64,000 nt of DNA from Octopus vulgaris. Lineage: Eukaryota. Below the pieces are notes generated by a model, which worked only from the letters and a program-made list of their open reading frames with translations, was not told where the DNA came from and made no database searches. Shown here piece after piece: positions 55,369 through 64,000 of this stretch; the stretch's first letter is position 1; each line of letters opens with the position of its first letter. Both the position numbers and the translations under genes were made by a program. The stretch is from positions 21,018,001-21,082,000 of the forward strand of contig OX597828.1 of NCBI GenBank assembly GCA_951406725.2. The letters are read 5' to 3'.

Positions 55369-55477
55369 ATGAGTCTGTATTTGACCAGTTTGATCATAAA
55401 ACAAATAGGATATTTTGGTTGGGTATGGCTGGTTTAAATGCTAAAGTGTTAACTAATTTTTTTTCCTTTCATTTCAG

Positions 55478-56451
55478 CTCGTTTGTCATTCAAACCATTG
55501 GATGCCAAGCCTGTTAATGCCTGCAGCAAGAAGCGCAAACTGTCTGACCAAGACACTAGCCTGAGCAAAACTGCCAAGATTCAAAAGGCAAATATCGAAA
55601 ATAAAGTAAAACTTCACAATAATATTACAAATAATAATGGTATTAATAACACCAACACTAACAATAATAGTAACAGTGGTAGTATTAGTAATGTTAATAA
55701 AAATAATAGTAGTAATGTTGCCGAGATGGAAGTGTGCGATGAGGTTATTTCCAGTTCTGGTTCGAGCGGTGTCGCAACGCCAATGCTACAGACTGTGAAG
55801 TCTCACACGTTGGACAAGTTCTTCTCATCGAGAAACGTCCAAGATGAGATCATTTCTAGTTCCACTAATGACGTCATTGATTTGACCAGATCTGATGGGG
55901 ATGACAACATCAGCGAGAAATGTGAAGAGAATATAGAAAAAGAAAACAAACTGAGCAGCAACTTCAACGAAGATGCTAACTTTGCATTGCTTACAGACTC
56001 TCAAGCTAAGCCCAAGTCAGGCGTCGGCGATGCAAAGGGCAAGGTTCTCAAAGAGAAATTCGATCAGGTTGTGGGACGATCAGGCTGTGAAGTGAAAGTC
56101 TTTCTGCCCGACCTGGCACTTTGCGACATGTCTGTCTGTTCGTCTCCTGCCGACAGCAAGTTGATCAACTCTGCGCTCTCGGGTTCTAGTTGCAAATCCC
56201 CTCTGTCCACTTCCAAGTCCCCGAAACAATGCTCAAAGTCACTGGTGATGCCGACATCCGGAGAACAGAAGGACGACGACGACTCCAGTTCAGAGCTTGA
56301 CCTCTCCACATGTGCCACTCCCTGCAATGAGGAGTCTTCCACTACTTGTTCCGTGGCCAGTCACTCAGATGAGGACGTCACACCAATGGAAAATAATGAG
56401 AAACCAAACCCATTGGCAAGTACTCCAAAACCTGCACAGGTGAAACAAAAG
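55478..56451 (+). CDS. CHAF1A: CHAF1A coding exon 3: large disordered N-terminal region with the PIP1 remainder and a SIM
   Basis: Acceptor TTTTCCTTTCATTTCAG, 974 nt open (the 354-aa ORF in the track), donor AAG|GTGAGT (phase 0). Contains ARLSFKPL, an NLS-like KKRK and DVIDLT (SUMO-interacting motif as in p150). S/N/D/E-rich. Confidence 0.9.
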
Positions 56452-56804
56452 GTGAGTAATAGAGTGGTATATGTGTATATATCTTTTATCTTTTACTTGT
56501 TTCAGTCATTAAACTGTGACTGTGGCCATGCTGGGGCACCACCTTGAAAGATTTGTAGACGAATGAATCAATACTCGTGCTTGGTGTTTTTGTTTATTTT
56601 AAGCCTAGTACTTATTCTGTTTGTCTCTTTTGCTGAACTGTTAAGTTATGGGGACATAAACACATCAACAGTGAGGTGGGTACGAACACAGACACAAAGA
56701 CACACTCATATTTCACCAACCCTCAGATGTTTCCAAGAAAGATGATATTTTGCTTTGGTCAGGCATGTTTTTTCTCATAGACGTTTCAAGACAAACAACA
56801 TATG

Positions 56805-56922
56805 GCTTACAGCCATATCACATTGAAAGCACCGGTTCTCGTCTGATCACCGAAGTTAAGCAACGTCGAGCCTAGTTAGTACATAGATGGGTGACCGCTT
56901 GGGAAACCCAGGTGCTGTAAGC
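56805..56922 (+). rRNA. Full-length 5S rRNA-derived sequence (dispersed copy, probably the head of a SINE or a pseudogene)
   Basis: 118 nt, GCTTACAGCCATATCAC...GAAGTTAAGCAACGTCGAGC...GATGGGTGACCGC...GGTGCTGTAAGC. Terminal helix GCTTACAGC/GCTGTAAGC is perfect and boxes A and C are recognisable. No oligo-T Pol III terminator follows. Confidence 0.9.
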
Positions 56923-57144
56923 GTCAAACATTTATAGGAGGTCCGTTGCAGTCTAGTCTGGATTTAACATTCTCTATCTTAGTCGTCCATGTTCATTCTT
57001 ATCTTTGTTGATCCTGACTTAGAGAATGAGATGTGTTCTATTGTTTGTTTCAGGCATCATAGAGACTAGTGTGCAGTTCCTTGACAACGGCGGTGCATCA
57101 GCATGGCCACAGCTATCTGCTGAAATTACAGCAAAAAGAAAGAA
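56805..57144 (+). mobile_element. Candidate 5S-headed SINE (SINE3-like): 5S head, ~165-bp body and SINE-type 3' tail
   Basis: The tail GGCGGTGCATCAGCATGGCCACAGCTATCTGCTGAAA...AAAAAGAAAGAA resembles the tail of tRNA-SINE family A. The unit splits a repeat seen uninterrupted at 29680-29850. Confidence 0.6.
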
Positions 57145-57622
57145 TTGTTTGTATGATGGTGATGCTTGTTTACGACCACCACTTAGTGTCAAGACGTGCA
57201 CACATGCACACACAAAAACAAACATACATTGGGCTTCTTTCAGTTTCCATCTACCAAATCCACTCACAAAACTGTTCATCATCATCATCATTTAGCGTCC
57301 GCTTTCCATGCTAAGGCTGCATCAGGCCCAGTCTGATCTGGCAGTGTTTCTACGGCTGGATGCCCTTCCTAACGCCAACCACTCCGTGAGTGTAGTGGGT
57401 GCTTTTTACGTGCCACCCGCACAGCTATGATATAGTAAAAGACATTTACCCAAGGTACCATGCTATGGGACTGAATCCAAAGCCACGTGTTTGGAAAGCA
57501 AACATCTTAACAACACAACCACGTCTGCACCAAATTTAGTAAAATGTCAAAAGTTAAGATAAACTTTACAGTTTCTCATCTGGGTTTCTATATTATCGGT
57601 TTCTCTCTCTCTCTCTCTCTAG

Positions 57623-57745
57623 CGACGACGAAGCGATCCGATAAGGCAGAAAATCAAGGAGGAGAGGGAAAAGGAACGATTGAAGAGGAAAGAGGAAAAA
57701 GAAAATGAACGACTGCAGAAACTACAACAACGTAAAGAAGATAAG
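57623..57745 (+). CDS. CHAF1A: CHAF1A coding exon 4 (RRRSDPIRQKIKEEREKERLKRKEEKENERLQKLQQRKEDK), start of the KER domain
   Basis: (CT)n tract followed by AG acceptor, 123 nt phase 0-0, donor AAG|GTGAGC. K/E/R-rich helix typical of the CAF-1 p150 KER domain. Confidence 0.88.
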
Positions 57746-58224
57746 GTGAGCAGATGTTGTTTTTACAAATCATCATCATCATCATCGTTTAACGTCCATT
57801 CTCCATGCTAGCATGGGTCGGACGGTTCGACCGGGGATCTGGGAAGCCAGAAGGCTGCCCCAGGCTCTGGTCTTATCTGGCAATGTTTCTACAGCTGGAT
57901 GCCCTTCCTAACGCCAACCACTCCGTGAGTGTAGTGGGTGCTTTTTACGTGCCACCTGCACTGGAGCCAGGCGAGGCTGGCATCGGCCACGGTCGGATTG
58001 GTGCATTTTACATGCCACCTGCATGGAAGCCAGTCGAGGCGGCACTGGCTTCGGCCATGATTCGGATGGTGCTTTTTACGTGCCACCGACACGGAAGCCA
58101 GTCAAGGCGGCGCTGGCATTGGCCACGATTCGGATTGTGCTTTTTACGTATCTCCAGTCCAGGGGTCCTGGCATCTGCCAAATGCCAGTCATAGGATTGG
58201 TTCAATTTCGATTCCGATTTCGAT

Positions 58225-58481
58225 ATATATATAAATTAGAAAAAAACCCACCTTTTATGAATTCAATAATGAAAAATTAAATTATACCATTTAGAAAAAT
58301 TAAATCTTATGGAAAGATTAAATATAAGATAAAACATATAACAATGATTAAGTAATGTGCAAAATAATAAATAAAACATGTATATTTAATCTTTCTATAA
58401 GATTTAATTTTTTTAAATGGTTATAATTTAATTTTTCATTAATGAATTGATAAAAGGTGGCTTTTTTCTAATTTACATATA
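58225..58481. repeat. AT-rich foldback with ~100-bp imperfect inverted arms and a ~55-bp spacer
   Basis: AAATTAGAAAAAAACCCACCTTTTAT...GAAAGATTAAATATA versus TATATTTAATCTTTC...ATAAAAGGTGGCTTTTTTCTAATTT. Confidence 0.8.
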
Positions 58482-58520
58482 TATTATATTTTGTGAAATT
58501 TGATTTAGTATTTCTAAATT

Positions 58521-59922
58521 GAATTTTTCCCTGTAAGTTTGGAATAATATTCCCGCATCTTATTATTATTATTATATATATATATGTGTGTGTGGTGCTC
58601 CGAAAGGGGTCTCAGGGAGTAGCGTCCTGAGCTAGTTTTCCACCACATTTCTCAAAAATCATGGTAGAGGCCTTGGTCTCAGGACTACTCATGTCTAGAA
58701 ATTGAGTTAGGGGGTAAGCAAGAGCATGCTCCCTGTAGAAAATCCATTTCCAAATCTCAAAAAAAGTCTCATGATAGCAAAGGTTGGGGGTGGGCTGCAC
58801 CTGTCTACCTTGGTTGCTATGGCATTGAGGTACATCCAGCCACTCCCGTTAACGGGGACAAAACCCAGATTTAAAACACTGGATGATGATGGTGATGATA
58901 TATGATGGGCTCCTTTCAGTTTCCATCTACCAAATCCATTCACAAGGCTTTGGTCGGCCCAAGGTGCTATGCATTGGGACTGAACTCAGTACCATGTGGT
59001 TGGGAAGCAAGCTTCTTACCACACAGCCATGCCTGCACCTAATAATACTTTTTCCTACAAAATTTTTGGGGAAGGGGATAAACTGATTAGGATCTTTCCG
59101 GTTTGAACGGCAGTTTTTTCTAGTGGTGTCATATGAAATTGTCACCCATAATTATGACCCTAGTATCGATCTATTGCATTTCAATCTTTTTTTTCTTCAC
59201 AAATGTAAATAAACCCAATCTGTTTTTTAAACGAGGGACATATTCATACGGCACAGAATGTTGTTTACCTCAATGGACGTCACTGATTGGTTGAAATTGC
59301 AGAAATTGAAGAAAAAAACAACAAATATCTTACAAACTATAGAATTTTCTCAATAAAGCCAAGAGAAAAAGATGTTTTATAAGCACATTCTACCAGTATA
59401 TGAAGTTTAAAATTTTTTAGCTACCTAGAAATTATGTTAAAAACTGCCGTTCAAACTGAAAAGATCCACTGATTACATCAACTCCAGTTCTCAACCGGTA
59501 CTTGTTCCATCAACCCTGCCAAAAGAGCTAAAAAGCAAAGACCACTTTGGCAGAAACCAGAAGAAATGCTGCTAAGCATTCTCTTGTGTGTGCTAATGAT
59601 TCATCCAGTGCTTGGACCCTAACCCTGTCACACTGTGATCTTGTTATTGTGTGAATAACGGGAGTGGCTGGATGTACCTCAATGCCATAACAACCAAGGT
59701 AGGCAGGTGCAGCCCACCCCCAACCTTTGCTATCATGAGACTTTTTTTGAGATTTGGAAATGGATTTTCTACAGGGAGCATGCTCTTGCTTACCCCCAGC
59801 CTCAGTTTCTAGCCATGAGTAGTCCTGAGACCAAGGCCTCTACCATGATTTTTGAGAAATGTGATGGAAAACTAGCTCAGGACGCTACTCCCTGAGACCC
59901 CTTTCGGAGCACCACACACATA

Positions 59923-59957
<35 letters not shown>

Positions 59958-59996
59958 GATGAGGGAATATTATTCCAAACTTACAGGGAAAAATTC
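58521..59996. repeat. Long inverted duplication (arms at 58521-58851 and 59656-59996)
   Basis: The arms are reverse complements with few mismatches. The same spurious 62-aa ORF appears on opposite strands (58612-58800 minus, 59707-59895 plus). Confidence 0.92.
59090..59467. mobile_element. MITE with 28-bp TIRs and an 8-bp TSD (Merlin-like)
   Basis: GGATCTTTCCGGTTTGAACGGCAGTTTT / AAAACTGCCGTTCAAACTGAAAAGATCC, with TSD ACTGATTA on both sides. GG...CC termini plus an 8-bp TSD fit Merlin; hAT is not excluded. Confidence 0.85.
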
Positions 59997-61238
59997 TCTG
60001 CTGGATTCTCGGTAAAATGGTAAGGAAGAACACATGCGTTTTGCTCGGCATGTTAATGATTCTGCCAGCTCTTGTTGCCTAGACAATAATAATGATGATA
60101 ATAATAATAACTGTTCCAAATTTTGCCACAAGACCAGCAATTTTGGGGAAAGGGATGAGTTGATTACATTGACCCCAGTATTCAACTGGTACTTATTTTA
60201 TTGACCCCGAAAGGATGAAAGGCAGAGTCGACCTTAGTGGAATTTGAACTCAGAACATAGTGATGGGTGATATACTGCTAAGCATTTTTGTCCAGTGTGC
60301 TAACGATTCTGCCAGCTCACCACCTAAATAATAATAATAATAATAATTTATTCAAAATTTGGAGAATGGGGATTAGGATATATTATTGGCCTCAGTTGTT
60401 CTTATAAACATCTCATTTTTAAATTGTGGAGAGATGAAAAGGGGTGTTGGTCACAGTTCTTTAGGTTCATTCTTTGTTATGCATAATATCTATCTATATT
60501 GTCCTGTCTTGTCTCATAGGCCTTTAGCATTCAGATTACTCTCAAATGTGATGCTTATTTATTTACATTATTTAAAATTAATCATGACAAGTGAAATTGT
60601 AGTTGTGGCCTATAGCAGTGCCATCTGACTGGCACATAAAAAGCACCATTTGAGCGTTGGGCCTCTTGGAGGCAGTGACAGATGACCAAGACCTTTGGCG
60701 ATATACTGTGCTTGTGTAGACCTGTCAAGCGAAGTGAGACCGTAGTGTTGACCGATGCCGGTGTCAGGTCAATGGCACTTGTGCGGATGGCACGTAAAAA
60801 AACATCCGCTACATTCTCAGTACGGTTGGCGTTAGGGAGGGCATCCAGCTGTAGAGACCGTGCCAAATCAGATCAGAACCTGGTGCAGCTCCCCAGCATA
60901 CCAGCTTTCAGTCAAACCATCCAACCATGCCAGCATGGAAAGCGGACGTTACATGATGATGATGTGATTGTTTATTTTGACAATGATATTGCAGGGTAGG
61001 TGTGAGGGGCCAGCTCTGGCCGGTTCGGACATAAAAACAAAATGAATATTTTGGCCTGATATGGGCAGTTTAAATCAGGACTGTGGAGTTGGAAATGATT
61101 AAGGAGTAGCTGGAGTCAGAGTTGGTATAGTTTTACTGACTCCGACTCCAACTCATAATATCTTTCTTCTTTAATATAAACCAGTTATAACCTATAGGCC
61201 TACTCAAAGTACAAGCGTATGTATATGCTTTATGAGAT

Positions 61239-61627
61239 ACTAGCAGTATCACCCGGCGTTGCTCAGGTTTGTAAGGGAAATAACTATAAAGCATTTTTAG
61301 AGAGTTATAGCCAAAAAATAGCAAAAAAATGGGGGGGAAATGATGGTAAATTTTTTTTTGAGAGTTAAAAGGTCGAGTTGCATCCCCTAGACAGTCTGTG
61401 GTTTGTGTTTCTGATTCTCGACCCCATGTCGAATTTATCGATTTTTTTCAGAACTGGGGGAACTTTTCAAAATTTTCGCTGCGTTAGTTTTAAATTATGA
61501 CATTGGGCTATGTGTGTATCAAGTTTCATCAGAATCGGTTGAAAGCCGTGGTCAGGGTGAGGGTACAACCTAACAGACACACAGAAACACGCAGAGACAA
61601 ACTGCCGTTTATATATAGAGAGAAGAT
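61239..61627 (+). mobile_element. Helitron/Helentron-like non-autonomous element
   Basis: 5' ACTAGCAGTATCACCCGGCGTTGCTC and 3' AAGTTTCATCAGAATCGG...ACAGACAC...TTTATATATAGAG. A related 3' end lies at about 10670-10772 and a related 5' end at 31170. Confidence 0.6.
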
Positions 61628-63847
61628 GCAGACCACAATCACTTAATTACATAAAGAGGAGTCAGAGTCGCCAATAGTAGAGGAGTTAGAGTCAAAGGTT
61701 ATTGTTTTGACTCCGCAGCCCTGGTTTAAATGCTAAAAAGTTAAATTAGCTCCTATTCAACGACCGAAGCCAATAAAAAAACTGCGTCATCTTCTCTGAT
61801 CGTTTTTTTTTTGTTTGTTTTTTTTTTTAGATTTGGACCTAGTTTCAACCTCTCGTGTATAAATGAGAGAAAATGAAAGGGAGAGGGGTTGATATAGAGG
61901 TGTGTTTGTCTATACACATGCATTTAGTTTGTATATACATACGTTAAGTGAGAGAGAGGTACATGCATACATATAGTCTTTGTGTGTGAATAAGATATAC
62001 AAAATCGAAATCGATCAACATCAATGGAAATTGTAGCTGTGGTGCCGGTGGCACGTACGCGAACCATCCGAACGTGGCCGTTGCCAGCGCCGCCCCGACA
62101 GGCCTCCGTGCCGGTGGCACATAAAAAGCACCATCCGACCGTGGCCGTTTGCCAGCCCCATCTGGCACCTGTGTCGGTGGCACGTAAAAAGCACCCACTA
62201 CACTCACGGAGTGGTTGGCGTTAGGAAAGGCATCCAACCGTAGAAACATTGCCAGATCAGACTGGGCCTGGTGCAGCCTTCTGGCCTCCCAGACCCCAGT
62301 TGAACTGTCCAACCCATGCTAGCATGGAAAGCGGATGCTAAATGATGATGATGATGATTATGTATGTACCTTCCTACCTATAATTTTAACAGTCCCTCTA
62401 TGATGGCCAAACAAAAGGCTACTTACACTGGCCTAGAAATTGACTAGCGAATGTCTAGTTGTTAAATGAGGTCATTGTATTAAAATCAACTTATTTTTTT
62501 TTGCTATACATTGCCTAACTACTAAACGTCTCACATCAAATTAATATACGCCCAATTATTATTATTATGGCGAAGGTGGTGAGCTGGTAGAATTGTTAGC
62601 ACACCTGGTAAAATGCTTAGTGGTATTTGAGCTGGCAGAAATGTTAGCACGCCGGGCGAAATGCTTAGCTGTATTTCGTCTGCCGTTGCATTGTGAGTTC
62701 AATTTCCGCCGAGGTCGACTTTGCCTTTCATCCTTTCAGGGTCGATAAATTAAGTACCAGTTACGAACTGGGGTCGATGTAATCGACTTAATACCTATGT
62801 CTGTCCTTGTTTGTCCCCTCTATGTTTAGCCCCTTGTGGGTAATAAAGAAATAGGTATTTTGTCTGGCTTTACATTCTGAGTTCAAATTCTGCTGAGATT
62901 GACTTTGCCTTTCATCCTTTTGGTGTTGATAAAATGAGTACCAGTTGAGTACTGGGGTTGATGTAATCAACTTAAAACCTCCCCTCCCCGAAATTTCAGA
63001 CCTTGTACCTAGAGTACAAAAGAATGAAATAAGTACGAGTTGATTACTGAGGATCGATGAAATTGGCTGGCCCACCTCCCACAAAATTTCAGGACTTATG
63101 CCTGTAGTAGAAAGAATTATTATTATTATTAATAATAATAATAAGGTGGTGCGGTGGCAGAATCGTTAGCATGTTGGCATTTCATTTGTCTTAATGTTCT
63201 AAGTTCAACTTCTGCCAAGGTCAACTTTTCCTTTCAGCCTTTCAGGACCGATAAATTAAGTACCAGTTGAGCACTGGGGTCGATGTAATTGACATGCCCC
63301 TTTCCTCAAAGTTGTTGGCCTTGTACCAAAATTTCAAGTTTTGTACCTAGAAATAGTTATAATAATATTTTTATTATTGTTATTATTATTATTTTATGTT
63401 ATATTATTTTGTTCTGTTCTGAGTTCAAATTCTGCTGAGGTCAACTTTGCCTTTCATCCTTTCAGAGTTAATTAAATAAATACCTATTTCTTTATTACCC
63501 ACAAGGGGCTAAACATAGAGGGGACAAACAAGGACAGACATAGGTATTAAGTTGATTACATCGACCCCAGTGCGTAACTGGTACTTTAATTTATCGACCC
63601 CGAAAGGATGAAAGGCAAAGTCGACCTCAGCGGAATTTGAACTCAGAACGTAACGGCAGACGAAATACTGCCAAGCATTTCGTCCGGCGTGCTAACGTTT
63701 CTGCCAGATTAAATAAATACCAGTTACACACTGGGGTCGATGTAATCGACTTAATCCCTTCCCTTGAATTTGAATCCTTGTGCTTCCAGTAGAAAGGATT
63801 ATTGTTATATATATTTTTTAAAGCTACTTTCTGTTTGTATAACTCAG

Positions 63848-63990
63848 GAGAGGAAATCTCTAGAACGGCAACACCTAAAGATACAGAAAGATAAAGAGCG
63901 TTTGGAGAAGGAGAAACAACGAGAGATGGAACGACTGGAGAAAGAAAAACTGAAAGATGAACTGCGTCGTAAGAAGCAAGATATGATAGA
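63848..63990 (+). CDS. CHAF1A: CHAF1A coding exon 5 (ERKSLERQHLKIQKDKERLEKEKQREMERLEKEKLKDELRRKKQDMI), KER domain; the gene continues beyond the window
   Basis: Acceptor ...TAACTCAG, phase-0 start, donor GA|GTGAGT at 63990/1. KER composition. Confidence 0.87.
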
Positions 63991-64000
63991 GTGAGTCTTG

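Noticed and set aside
55483-56547. Stand-alone 354-aa gene
   Set aside because: It starts at TTG right after a splice acceptor, and the part after 56451 runs into intronic SINE sequence. It is an internal exon.
56805-56922. Functional 5S rRNA gene
   Set aside because: It is a single intronic copy with no T-run terminator, has several substitutions relative to typical mollusc 5S (including CpG-type changes), and is embedded in an insertion.

Overview
AT-rich, repeat-dense animal genomic DNA. The SINE repertoire and a mollusc-type 5S sequence suggest an octopus (coleoid cephalopod), which is an inference. One protein-coding gene is supported: the 5' part of CHAF1A (CAF-1 p150) on the + strand. 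Its five coding exons (38146-38251, 48740-48796, 55478-56451, 57623-57745, 63848-63990) splice in frame with GT-AG sites and encode the PIP1 motif KKLTQARLSF, a VIDLT SUMO-interacting motif and the start of the KER helix. A CCAAT box and an E2F site lie upstream. The rest is tRNA-SINEs, RTE-type repeats, decayed mariner, DD37D, RTE, R4/Dong, CR1 and Penelope fragments, MITEs, Helentron-like elements, satellites and microsatellites. Nearly all other ORFs in the track are artefacts of those repeats. Best leads: (1) a ~340-bp unit with a complete 5S rRNA head and a SINE-type 3' tail, inserted into another repeat inside CHAF1A intron 3 (candidate 5S-derived SINE); (2) hammerhead-ribozyme-like motifs in Penelope-like palindromes, including a divergent pair; (3) a ~330-bp inverted duplication in CHAF1A intron 4; (4) an 11-bp-periodic satellite just upstream of the CHAF1A promoter; (5) a 150-bp satellite derived from a retroposon tail. 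All alignments were read by eye and no database search was run.
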